DNA of 51,542 nucleotides. It comes from an uncultured Planctomycetaceae bacterium. GTDB taxonomy: Bacteria > Planctomycetota > Planctomycetia > Pirellulales > UBA7805. The notes beneath the pieces are model-generated. The model saw only the letters and a list, made by a program, of their open reading frames with translations. It was not told the origin of the DNA and did no database searches. The position numbers were made by a program, and so were the translations under genes. Shown in pieces: positions 1 through 9,282 of this stretch. The DNA is taken from positions 1-51,542 of the forward strand of contig CAYLRE010000004.1 of assembly GCA_964385715.1 (NCBI GenBank). Direction: 5' to 3'. Every line of letters starts with the position of its first letter. Position 1 is the stretch's first letter.

Positions 1-855
1 GAATACGCCACCGACAAAGCCAGCAAAGTCGGCAACGTTCTGGAACTCGAGCACGGCAAGCCGCTCGTGTTTGGTAAGGATCGTGATAAAGGCATCCGTC
101 TCAACGGAATGGAGCCCGAAGTGGTCACCCTGGGCAAGGGAATCACCGAAGACGATCTTCTGTTCCACGACGAGAAGGCGACCGAGCCGAGTTTGGCTTA
201 CCTACTAAGCCGCATGCGTCATCCTGAATTCCCCGAACCGATCGGGGTGTTCCGCGCCGTCGATCGCCCTCGTTACGACGACGAACTGAACAAGCAGCTG
301 ATTGCCGCTCGCGAGAAGCAAGGCGAAGGTGATCTCGACACTCTGTTCAACACCGGCGACACCTGGCTCGTGGAAGTGGAAGAAGAGTATGACGAGCCGC
401 TAGAGGCCTCGGCCGTGGCGACGCAGCTCGAAGAAAATATCATGAGCGACGACATCGCGTCGCTGTCGCCTCGCGAGCATCCGGTCGTGGCTCCCACCAC
501 GCCTGTCGGCGAAGTGCTCGATTTGCTCGTGGCCAACGGAGTTGGTTGTGCCGCGGTCGTCGATGAAGTTGACGGAGAGGAGCAGCTAGTCGGCATCTTC
601 AGCGAACGAGATGCTCTGCTGCGACTCAACACGGAAGCGGCCACGCTCCAAGATCGGCCCGTTTCCCAGTTCATGACAGCCGATCCAGGTACGCTCAACA
701 TCGACGACAAAATCGCTTTTGCGATGCACAAGATGTCCGTCGGCGGCTATCGCCACATTCCTATCCTCAATGGCGGCCGGTTTGAGAGCATGGTCTCGGT
801 GCGTGACATTCTCCGCTATGCGACCAGTAAGTTGCAGGAAAGCTCCAAGGTTTAG
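1..855 (+). CDS. 2-oxoacid:ferredoxin oxidoreductase beta subunit C-terminus fused to a CBS-domain pair (5' partial, open from base 1)
   Basis: Frame 1 is open from base 1 (EYATDKASK..LEHGKPLVFG). LEHGKPLVFG..KGIRL..HDE..LAYLLSRM..FPEPIGVFRAV..DLDTLFNTGDTW is the typical KorB C-terminus. It continues without a stop into CBS repeats (VGCAAVVD..LVGIFSERD; FMTADP..AMHKM..GYRHIPI..VSVRDILRY). Confidence 0.85.
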   Translation, partial: EYATDKASKVGNVLELEHGKPLVFGKDRDKGIRLNGMEPEVVTLGKGITEDDLLFHDEKATEPSLAYLLSRMRHPEFPEPIGVFRAVDRPRYDDELNKQLIAAREKQGEGDLDTLFNTGDTWLVEVEEEYDEPLEASAVATQLEENIMSDDIASLSPREHPVVAPTTPVGEVLDLLVANGVGCAAVVDEVDGEEQLVGIFSERDALLRLNTEAATLQDRPVSQFMTADPGTLNIDDKIAFAMHKMSVGGYRHIPILNGGRFESMVSVRDILRYATSKLQESSKV

Positions 856-1207
856 GCCAGCAGCAGCTGCAGCCGTTCGGTTCAACCGGCCTTATTGTTG
901 TGAAGGCAAATGCCTGCGCTCGCTTTGTTCTTGGCACTAAAAAGCTATTCCGCTGCGCAAGTCTCAGCACCTTGGTTGATGCTGGGGCCGTCTGTCGGCC
1001 GGTTTCGTAGGGGCATTCTTTCGCAGAACAGTCCGCTCTGACTTGCGACCGCCGTGACTCCCACGAATAATGGGGGGAACAAAGGCCGCATCACTCGCGA
1101 TTCATTTGGCACCCGAACCCCTAGCTTGCTTTCCAGCGATTCTTGGGGGGATGGCCATCGCCCGATGGGGCACTGGGCAGCTTTGCCGAACCACAGGCGC
1201 AACCGGG

Positions 1208-2176
1208 ATGAACAACGGCTACGAACAACTCGATACCTCGATCGAGATCGTGACGCCGGAAAACGTGTTGCTCAAGTACCAGCTCTCAGGTCCCTTCCGG
1301 CGACTGCTCGCTTACATTCTCGACGTCGTAATCCGCGTCGGCGCGTTCTTAGTGATCACGCTTCTTGTCGGCCTCGTATTCGGAATGGTAGATCTCGCTG
1401 GATTTAGCTCAGCGACATCGCTCATCCTTTACTTTGTCCTGACCTGGTTCTACGGAGGTTTCTTTGAGGCCTATTGGAACGGGCAGACACTCGGCAAGCG
1501 GGCCCTCGGAATTCGCGTTCTTACCTTAGCGGGAGAACCGATCGTCGCCTGGCAGGCGTTTCTGCGCAACATCTTACGCGAGATTGACGCCATGACCCTG
1601 TTTTTCATCCCGACCACTTGGCTCTTCGGCGATCTAGGCGAGAGTGTCAACATTCCTTGTTTTACATATATCGTCGGCCTGACCTCCATGATCTGCACGC
1701 GGCGTTTTCAACGGCTCGGCGATCTCGCCTGTGGAACGATGGTCGTGGTTGAACAACGCCGCTTTAGTCACGGGCTCGTCAAAATCGAGGAACCGTTGGC
1801 TATTCGACTCGCAGCGGAACTTCCGCCCAACTTGGAGGTCTCGCGCAGTTTGGGGCAAACCTTAGCCTTGTATGTCGAGCGGCGGCAAGTCTTTCCGGCG
1901 GCCCGCCGCGCCGATCTGGCCCGACACATCGGCGCTCCGCTTTGTCGACGATTCAATCTGCCCGCGGACACCAGCCACGATTTGCTGCTCTGCGCCCTGT
2001 ACTACCGGACATTCATTTCCGACCAGCTCGATGAGGAAGAGCGGCCACGCGAGAGCGATTCAAATTCGGGCCCTGTCCCGCCGACGCCGCCGTTTTCATT
2101 TGGTGACCAGCAAGAGGTGGTAACGACGGCGCCCGAGATCGTGACCGCGACAACACGCTCAGGAGAGACGCCATGA
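1208..2176 (+). CDS. RDD family membrane protein
   Basis: IVTPENV..Y.L.GPFRRLLAYILD, FYGGFFEAYWNGQTLGKRALGIRV and QRLGDLACGTMVV are RDD motifs. Start moved from 1070 to ATG 1208. Confidence 0.9.
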   Translation: MNNGYEQLDTSIEIVTPENVLLKYQLSGPFRRLLAYILDVVIRVGAFLVITLLVGLVFGMVDLAGFSSATSLILYFVLTWFYGGFFEAYWNGQTLGKRALGIRVLTLAGEPIVAWQAFLRNILREIDAMTLFFIPTTWLFGDLGESVNIPCFTYIVGLTSMICTRRFQRLGDLACGTMVVVEQRRFSHGLVKIEEPLAIRLAAELPPNLEVSRSLGQTLALYVERRQVFPAARRADLARHIGAPLCRRFNLPADTSHDLLLCALYYRTFISDQLDEEERPRESDSNSGPVPPTPPFSFGDQQEVVTTAPEIVTATTRSGETP

Positions 2177-3228
2177 AAGTAGCCGATCTCCTCGAATCGC
2201 GTCGCGACCAGTGGCAAGAGCTCGACATGCTTTGTGCACGGATGGAAGGATCTCGTCGCAAAAAGCTCGGCGCCGCCGCGATGAGTCGGTTTGCGACTCT
2301 CTATCGGGCCGCCTGCGCCGATCTCGCGTTGGCCGAGTCCCATCAGCTCCCTCCCAACACGGTGAATTATTTACATCGCCTGGTAGGCCGTTCGCACAAC
2401 CAGCTTTACCGTGCCCGAAGCGTCGACTGGGCGGCCGTACGCCATCAATTGCTGGTCGAGGTGCCGCGGCGACTGTACACCGATGCCACATTACGACTGG
2501 CGTTTGTCACCTTCTGGGGACTGTTTCTGTTTTCTTGGTTCCTAGCTGCCGAACTCAAATTTCCCTGGAGCGATACTGTTCCCTTTCCCGGCTTCGCGGA
2601 ACAGGTATTGAAAGGGGACGCCGAGCGGTTGAACGACATGTATGCCGACTGGATAGACGCCACTCTCAACGACCGCGTCGAAATGGCTGGCTTCTATATT
2701 TACAACAATGCCGGCATTGGGCTCTCCGTGTTTGCTCTAGGCTTGGCGTTTGGCATCGGGGGAATGTTTGCAACCGTCTTGAATGCCGTCGCCCTAGGAA
2801 CGTCGTTCGGTTTCATGATGCGCGGTCCTAATAGCGACAATTTCTTCTACTTCGTCACCGCCCATGGTCCCTTTGAACTGACGGCGATCGTACTGTCGGC
2901 AGCGGCTGGGATGCATCTTGGGTTCGCCCTCGTCCGCACTCGCGGTTTCGCTCGCAAGGATTCCCTGCGCGGGGCGGCCAAAGAAGCCATGCCGACAATG
3001 GGGGCGGCGCTGGTATTGTTCTTCCTGGCGGCATTTATCGAGGCTTTTGTTTCCCCGATGAACATTCCGTACGAAATCAAGGCCAGCGTCGCCGTCGTCA
3101 CCAGCGGTATGATGCTGTTCTACTTTGTCATCCTAGGTCAACGAGCCGAGTTCGCTTTGCAATCCGATGTAACGCAGACGTCTCCGCAGCCAGCCACGGA
3201 TGACTTTGCTGCTTCGACACCACGTTAA
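2173..3228 (+). CDS. Stage II sporulation protein M (DUF95) family membrane protein
   Basis: LYRAACADLALA..YLHRLVGRSHNQLY, IYNNAGIG, HGPFELTAIVLSAAAG and AAFIEAFVSP. ATGA overlap with the RDD gene. Confidence 0.9.
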   Translation: MKVADLLESRRDQWQELDMLCARMEGSRRKKLGAAAMSRFATLYRAACADLALAESHQLPPNTVNYLHRLVGRSHNQLYRARSVDWAAVRHQLLVEVPRRLYTDATLRLAFVTFWGLFLFSWFLAAELKFPWSDTVPFPGFAEQVLKGDAERLNDMYADWIDATLNDRVEMAGFYIYNNAGIGLSVFALGLAFGIGGMFATVLNAVALGTSFGFMMRGPNSDNFFYFVTAHGPFELTAIVLSAAAGMHLGFALVRTRGFARKDSLRGAAKEAMPTMGAALVLFFLAAFIEAFVSPMNIPYEIKASVAVVTSGMMLFYFVILGQRAEFALQSDVTQTSPQPATDDFAASTPR

Positions 3229-3268
3229 TTCTTGCAACCGCTTTCACAACAACCGATCACCTTTAACG

Positions 3269-4135
3269 ATGCAACTCGACCGCACCCGTATTACGATTCG
3301 CGAACGGACGACCTTCGAGGTATTCGATCTGTCGCTGCAGGTGCTGCGCACGTTTGTCTGGCCACTGCTGGGATGGCTATTGGTGGGAGCATTGCCGTGG
3401 GCGATTCTCAACCATTGGGTGCTCTCCGAGGGAGAATTTTTCCGTGGTCCTTACGAGCTTAACGGTTCGCACACCTGGTGGATGCTCTTTCTGGTGGCAA
3501 TCGAGATGCCGCTGGCGACCGCGCCGCTGACCCTCTACTTGGGTCGAGTGCTGTTTCTCGAGTCGCCAACCAGACACGACATCTTGGGCAACTGGCTGCG
3601 ATCGCTGCCACAAATGTTGCTGCTGCAAACATGGCCGCTGGTACTTTTGCTGCTCTGCTTGTCCAGCGGTGACCTCGACCTGATCAACTTTGTGCTGATT
3701 TTGATCATCCTACCAGTACTTTTTTATCGCTGTGCGTTTCGTCCCTATCTCAACGAGATCATTCTGCTGGAGCGAAATCCGCTGCGAGCGACCAAAACCT
3801 CGCCCATCAGCACCCGGCGTCGCAGCAAGGCGTTGCACTCCTGGAGCCGCGGTGAACTGTTTGAGCGATTCCTGGCATCGCTGGTTACAGGCTTGTTCCT
3901 GACGGGGCAGCTCGTCTGTGTCGCCTGGGGTGCCAAAGCATGGCTGAGCGGAACCGTGGGCCTCTCTCCGCTGGCTTACATGATCCTGCTTCAGATGTCG
4001 CTCTGGATTGTGGTAGGTCTGTTTGGCGTGGTCCGCTTCCTCTGTTACCTCGACTTGCGAATTCGGCGCGAAGGCTGGGAAGTCGATCTGCGAATGCGAG
4101 CCGAGGCGGCACGTCTTTCCGAGGAGTTGTTCTAG
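3269..4135 (+). CDS. Conserved hypothetical multi-pass membrane protein of the RDD/SpoIIM cluster
   Basis: MQLDRTRITIRER N-terminus, several hydrophobic helices, and C-terminal YLDLRIRREGWEV motif. Start moved to ATG 3269. Confidence 0.75.
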   Translation: MQLDRTRITIRERTTFEVFDLSLQVLRTFVWPLLGWLLVGALPWAILNHWVLSEGEFFRGPYELNGSHTWWMLFLVAIEMPLATAPLTLYLGRVLFLESPTRHDILGNWLRSLPQMLLLQTWPLVLLLLCLSSGDLDLINFVLILIILPVLFYRCAFRPYLNEIILLERNPLRATKTSPISTRRRSKALHSWSRGELFERFLASLVTGLFLTGQLVCVAWGAKAWLSGTVGLSPLAYMILLQMSLWIVVGLFGVVRFLCYLDLRIRREGWEVDLRMRAEAARLSEELF

Positions 4136-4136
4136 C

Positions 4137-4943
4137 ATGCCGCGCTACCGCGACAACTCGATGCGAACCGTTAGCCGCTGGCAGCAAGCAACGGCTGGCG
4201 CGGTGGTCGCGCTCTCTGTCGCCTGTTTCTCCACAACATTTGCCTGGGGTGAAGACAGTGACTCCACTAGCTCCGCGGCGAGCGAGCAAGCCGACGCGGT
4301 CAAGCAGGGGCGCCACGCGCTCGATAGTTGGAACGACTATCCCTGGTACGATACGGAACAGGATGGCCTACGTCGTATTGGCGTGAAGAAGGTCAAGGAA
4401 AAAACGACGGCTCCGCCAACGCGTTCGCCAGGCGCACGTTCGGAAGGGGCTGCCAGTACCCTGGCGTTTATCGCCATCTGGATTTTGCTTCCATTGTTGG
4501 CGGTGGCCATCATCTACTTCCTTGTGCGTGCCTATTACGACACAGATGCACCGGAGGCGGTCGAGTCAGAAGAGGTGGCCTTCGACATCGATCGGGTGGA
4601 GGCCTTGCCGACCAAGATTCGCGTCCCCACCAGTGGTCTGCTCGCCGAGGCCGAACGATGTTACCAGCAGGGAAATTATCGTCAAGCAATCATTTGCCTC
4701 TACAGCCATCAGCTTCTTCAGCTCGACAAGAAACAGCTCATTCGCCTTACTAAAGGCAAGACGAATCGCCAGTATCTGCGCGAAGTCGGTTCGCGACGCT
4801 CAATCCGAGAGCTATTCGAGCCGACAATGCGCACGTTCGAAGATGTTTTCTTCGGAGGTCAAACGCTTACCCGCGGTTCTTTCGAGTTGTGTTGGCAGCG
4901 GCAAGGACCGTTCGATGCACAAGTGGAAGGAGCCACGATATGA
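4137..4943 (+). CDS. DUF4129 domain-containing membrane protein
   Basis: Signal-like N-terminus and one TM helix, then AERCYQQGNYRQAIICLY..LDKKQLIRLTKGKTNRQYLREV..FEDVFFGG, typical of DUF4129. Start moved to ATG 4137. Confidence 0.8.
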   Translation: MPRYRDNSMRTVSRWQQATAGAVVALSVACFSTTFAWGEDSDSTSSAASEQADAVKQGRHALDSWNDYPWYDTEQDGLRRIGVKKVKEKTTAPPTRSPGARSEGAASTLAFIAIWILLPLLAVAIIYFLVRAYYDTDAPEAVESEEVAFDIDRVEALPTKIRVPTSGLLAEAERCYQQGNYRQAIICLYSHQLLQLDKKQLIRLTKGKTNRQYLREVGSRRSIRELFEPTMRTFEDVFFGGQTLTRGSFELCWQRQGPFDAQVEGATI

Positions 4944-6343
4944 TCTCCCTATTGCCCGCGATTGCCAGACTGCTCTCCGCTATCGCCAAGCTCCAATGGC
5001 ACTGCCTGTGGATCGTCGTGATGCTGGTTTCGCTAACTGGCTGTATTAATGAAGGTGAATTCCTTGATCGCACCTACGGCAAGCAGAGTGGCATTCCAGG
5101 CCGCGATAGCGTGAACGGCACGGCCGTGCTGGCCGACATGTTCCGCCAGGCGGGGCATAAAGTCTCGACGAAGCGGGAGTTGACTCCGTCGATTCAAGAT
5201 GCGGATGTCCTGGTCTGGTTTCCAGATGATTTCCATGCCCCCAGCGAAGAGACGGTCACCTGGCTGGAGAAATGGCTTTACTGGCACGATGGGGGCATCC
5301 TGATCTACGTCGGCCGGGATTTTGATGCCTCACTTCCCTACTGGGAGGCGGTGATTCCACAGACGCCAAAACCGACTGATTCGAACACAGCCGGTTCGGA
5401 CGCAGAGGAATCCAGTCGAGCTAAGGCAGCGCCGGTAGTTGCCGAATCCGAAATCACTGAGATGAAGAAACGCCAGGATGAGCAAACCGTCGAGTATCGC
5501 CTCGAACGAGCGGTTATGGGCGAATCGGTGGAGTCAGCTTGGTATCGATACGAAAACGGCAGCCAGCGGCGACCGATTACGACGCTCTCCGGTCCTTGGA
5601 GCGAGGGCGTGGATGCGGCGGCAGCGCAAATCGAAGTGCATGGCACCATGACCGCCGGGACGTTTGAATACGACGAACGCCAAGTCCTGCTCTCCAGTGG
5701 CGACGACGAACTTGTCGTTCGGTTTACGACCGATTCCAAGTACCACGATGGTGAGGACGTGTTCGACTTCTTTGACGGGTTCGAAGCACCCGACTGGGAA
5801 GGTGAAGACATTCGTGAGAGTGAACTGATTCTGATTACCAACGGCTCGTTCTTGCTCAACGCGCCGTTGGTCAATCACGAGAATCGCAAACTGGCCGGGA
5901 AATTGATCGAGCGGTGTGCCGGCAGGAAGAAAATCGTCTTTCTTGAGAGCGATGCTAGCGGACTGCCGCTTAAGAAGCAGGAACCTCCGCCGGAGGTTCC
6001 ATCGAGCCTGATGGTCCTGACCGTTTGGCCGATCAATATCATCCTGGTCCATCTGGCGATTGTCGGTATCGTCTTCTGCTTCGTGCGGGGGCCCATTTTT
6101 GGACGACCACGCTTGCTACCGGTCGCCCGTTTGACCGACTTTGGACACCACATCGCGGCCCTGGGAACGCTATTGGCCCAGACCGGAGACCAACGCTATG
6201 CCCGTGAGAAACTAGCGGCCTATCATCAATCGCAATCGGGCGAGGCGGCCAAAGCACCGCCGGCCTCGGGAAGCGAAAAAGCCCCGGCCGCGAGTGACTC
6301 AGCAACCGCTAGCGGGTCACCGACCGCGACCGATCGGGCGTAG
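4940..6343 (+). CDS. DUF4350-like domain-containing protein, possible lipoprotein
   Basis: LVSLTGC lipobox-like segment, SVNGTAVLADMF, NGSFLLNAPLVNHENRKLA and C-terminal TM + FGRPR..FGHHIAALGTLL. ATGA overlap at 4940-4943. Confidence 0.7.
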   Translation: MISLLPAIARLLSAIAKLQWHCLWIVVMLVSLTGCINEGEFLDRTYGKQSGIPGRDSVNGTAVLADMFRQAGHKVSTKRELTPSIQDADVLVWFPDDFHAPSEETVTWLEKWLYWHDGGILIYVGRDFDASLPYWEAVIPQTPKPTDSNTAGSDAEESSRAKAAPVVAESEITEMKKRQDEQTVEYRLERAVMGESVESAWYRYENGSQRRPITTLSGPWSEGVDAAAAQIEVHGTMTAGTFEYDERQVLLSSGDDELVVRFTTDSKYHDGEDVFDFFDGFEAPDWEGEDIRESELILITNGSFLLNAPLVNHENRKLAGKLIERCAGRKKIVFLESDASGLPLKKQEPPPEVPSSLMVLTVWPINIILVHLAIVGIVFCFVRGPIFGRPRLLPVARLTDFGHHIAALGTLLAQTGDQRYAREKLAAYHQSQSGEAAKAPPASGSEKAPAASDSATASGSPTATDRA

Positions 6344-6356
6344 CGGACCGGTGATC

Positions 6357-7409
6357 TTACGACGCCAGCTGAGCACGCTTTTCCGCAATCAGTGCCAGTA
6401 GGTCCTTCTGCGGGTCGGCGAACTTCTTGACGCCTTCTTCCATCAACACCTGTTCGAGGTGTTCGATGTCGACCTCGGCATCGATTTCGGCCAGCACTTC
6501 CGCAGGCGGTAAGACATCGACCTGTCGTGAAAAGGTCAACCCGCTTGCCTGTACCTTGTCATTCGTTCCAGGCGGATTGGTTTGAATGTCGCTGCCGGCG
6601 AGAGCTTTTACGTATTTCTCTGGTGGGTCCTCCGGCTTCTTGGTGCCAGTGCTGGCAAAGATGATTTCCTGGGCCAGAGGCGTTGAGCGTTCCGCCCAAT
6701 ACGTTTGGTTGTCGGCCCAGATCCGTTTCGCACCCACGATGCCGACTTGTCCTTGCGCCGCATCCGATAGTTGCGGGACATGCTTCTCCGTGTAGACGTC
6801 GACCCGAGAAATAAAGATGCTGTAGACGCTCTTGAAGTCGTCGAGCGAGTCGCGTCGTTGAGCTCCACGCCAAATGGCTTCGCGGGCAGCATGATACTGT
6901 TTGGGGGTGAAGATCAGAGTCACGTTGAGTGTCACGCCGGCAGCGCATAGTTCCTCGAGTGAGTCGAGGCCGGCCGGTGTAGCGGGGACTTTGATCATTC
7001 GATTGGGATGCCCGGCCGCCCACTTCTTTCCGAGCTCAATGTAGCGTCCCACCCGTTCCTCGTGCGGCGGGCCAAGTTCAGAATCCTCGAGCAGGGGATC
7101 GACCTCGAAGCTGACATAGCCATCGTCGCCAGCGGTCTCTTGGAAGACCGGCAGAAAAACCTGTTCGGCGGCCGAGACCAAGGCGTCGGTCAATTGCCAG
7201 GCGATTTCATGATCGTTGTGTCCTTCGCGCGCCAAAGCTTCCAACTGATCGTCAAAGCGGCCGCTCTTGATCAGTCCGGTCACGATCACAGGATTTGAAG
7301 TAGCGCCAGTTACGCCCAGTGCACGATTAGAGACCACCAGGTCGGGATCGACTGAGTCGAGCCACAGTCGGGTACCGCTAGCAACAAGTGATTCCAGGGG
7401 CGTGCTCAT
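6357..7409 (-). CDS. tal: Transaldolase family protein
   Basis: LWLDSVD, GATSNP, VSFEVDP, Schiff-base [21 protein letters not shown] and IFASTGTK. Confidence 0.9.
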   Translation of the reverse strand: MSTPLESLVASGTRLWLDSVDPDLVVSNRALGVTGATSNPVIVTGLIKSGRFDDQLEALAREGHNDHEIAWQLTDALVSAAEQVFLPVFQETAGDDGYVSFEVDPLLEDSELGPPHEERVGRYIELGKKWAAGHPNRMIKVPATPAGLDSLEELCAAGVTLNVTLIFTPKQYHAAREAIWRGAQRRDSLDDFKSVYSIFISRVDVYTEKHVPQLSDAAQGQVGIVGAKRIWADNQTYWAERSTPLAQEIIFASTGTKKPEDPPEKYVKALAGSDIQTNPPGTNDKVQASGLTFSRQVDVLPPAEVLAEIDAEVDIEHLEQVLMEEGVKKFADPQKDLLALIAEKRAQLAS

Positions 7410-7875
7410 CGAACAGGTTCCTCAGCGTTTCGGTTGGAATAGATCGGGTTCAGTAGGTGTCGCTCGGCGGCTCAGACGCATTCGTATCGACCGTAGACGC
7501 CGTATCTGCGAAGCATGCAATGCCGGCGGAGCTGCCGCAATCCCAGTCGCGACGAAAATCGACGGTCGGTCGCTATTGCCGGCGGGCAGGCCCCATCTAG
7601 AAGATTGGCGCGTTGTTACCGTAGAAAAGGAAAGCTACGACAACTGGGGCGGCGAAAGATGGTGGGCTGCGTGTCTAAATGGCTCTCAGGAAAGAATGGA
7701 TATTTGGGTAATTTCGACGATATTTTCCGATTTCGTGGAATATTCCTGTCGCGAGGGCTGCGTATGGTCGATGAACGGGTCTGAGAACATATCCAAACAG
7801 AGCGCTCTGCCCTCGGGCGGGGTCGACACCCGGTATCACAAAAGGGGGGCCTTATGTGACACGGAGGAAATCTCG

Positions 7876-9237
7876 GTGCGACGATTCGCTAGGCCCCTAT
7901 CTGCTTGCTTGACCACAATGGTCATCCTCTCGGCCATCGTTGCGCCCGTCGTGGCTGCCGATGACGTTGTGAGCCAAGCTGCCTATGAACCGTTTCCTGA
8001 GGACGATGCCGCGCCCATCCTCAGCGATAACGCGGTTTCCTATCTGGATGACGCGGCTGATCAGGAATACGTCGAAGGCGAACTGATCGAGCCAGGTCTC
8101 GTCGATGGTGAATACTACGAAGAGGGCGAGTATTACGGCGAGGGTGAGTATGTTGGCGAGGGCGACATGCTCTACGCCGATGACTTGACCGCAGAAATGG
8201 CGCCGGTTCTGAGTTCCGCCGACGACCTTGGTACGTGCAATTGGTACGCCCGCGCCGACTTCATGATGTGGGCGCGATCCAAGCCGAAGCGGCTTATCTT
8301 GGCATTCGACACCAGTGCGACGTCGGTATTCGACGTGTTGCGAGGGTTCGGTCCTTTACGAACGGACGACATTCCGTTCCATGTTGAACCGGGTGGAAAA
8401 ATCACGCTCGCTCGTAATCTGGGGCGCGACTATCAGAATCGCGACCACATGGTCGAATTCGCCTACCTCGGCGGATTCGAGTGGGACGCGAGCCTGGCTC
8501 GCAACTCGACCAACCCGATCGACGGCGATCCGTCGCAGAACAACGGCCTGGTTACCCCGCTGGGTCCATCGACGATCGGTGCCTTCAATCTAGCCAACCG
8601 ACAGACGATCGACTTTAAGACGGATCTGCACAGCATCGAGATGAATATCCGAATTCAACGTCGACCGCACCAGGACAAGATGGTACTGTCGCCGGATGGC
8701 CGCTGGAGCCGTCAAATGGATTCGACCTTCGTGTCGTCCTTCATGGCTGGATTGCGGTACATCCGCGTCACCGAGGACTTGGAGTGGGACGCTCGCCGGA
8801 CTCAGGCTCCGACGGCGACCGGCGATTACGACATTAGCACTGAGAACAACATGTTCGGTGGTCATATCGGTAGCGATACCTATTGGCAGACGCCGAATTT
8901 CCGACTCGGCATGCGAACGCAATTCGGATTGCTGTTCAACATGGCCGAAGCACAAAGCCGGTTGGTCATTGTCGATCCGACCGCGCCGGTGACAGGCACA
9001 TTCAATCGAGGCGTGGAAGACGAGTCAGCGGCGTTTGTTGGAGAGATGGGTTGGTCGGCCACCTATCACGTTAACGAACGTTCGTCGCTCCGCGCGTCAT
9101 ACGACTTCATGTGGATGCAAGGAACCGCCGGTGCCTTCCGGCAGATCGACTTCAATGTCACCGCTCCGGCGAAACTGAATCTCGGTGCGAACAACTTTTA
9201 CCAAGGCTTCTCATTTGGCTTTGAACACATCTGGTAA
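7876..9237 (+). CDS. Planctomycete outer-membrane beta-barrel protein (BBP7-like)
   Basis: GGAGG at 7863-7867 before GTG 7876, then a signal peptide, an acidic linker, WYARADFMMWAR, alternating beta-strands (FMAGLRYIRV, TENNMFGGHIG, SLRASYDFMW) and C-terminal GFSFGFEHIW. Confidence 0.75.
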   Translation: MRRFARPLSACLTTMVILSAIVAPVVAADDVVSQAAYEPFPEDDAAPILSDNAVSYLDDAADQEYVEGELIEPGLVDGEYYEEGEYYGEGEYVGEGDMLYADDLTAEMAPVLSSADDLGTCNWYARADFMMWARSKPKRLILAFDTSATSVFDVLRGFGPLRTDDIPFHVEPGGKITLARNLGRDYQNRDHMVEFAYLGGFEWDASLARNSTNPIDGDPSQNNGLVTPLGPSTIGAFNLANRQTIDFKTDLHSIEMNIRIQRRPHQDKMVLSPDGRWSRQMDSTFVSSFMAGLRYIRVTEDLEWDARRTQAPTATGDYDISTENNMFGGHIGSDTYWQTPNFRLGMRTQFGLLFNMAEAQSRLVIVDPTAPVTGTFNRGVEDESAAFVGEMGWSATYHVNERSSLRASYDFMWMQGTAGAFRQIDFNVTAPAKLNLGANNFYQGFSFGFEHIW

Positions 9238-9282
9238 TGCGTCCCTTGCGATGATGCATGTGGCCAATCGCAGTCAGAGTAG

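Noticed and set aside
7267-7875. N-terminal extensions in the ORF track (also 1070, 13808, 17462, 18140, 23923, 32245, 33102, 35945, 39267, 50091)
   Set aside because: They overlap neighbouring genes or promoters and lack family similarity. Downstream starts match the family N-termini, some with an RBS.
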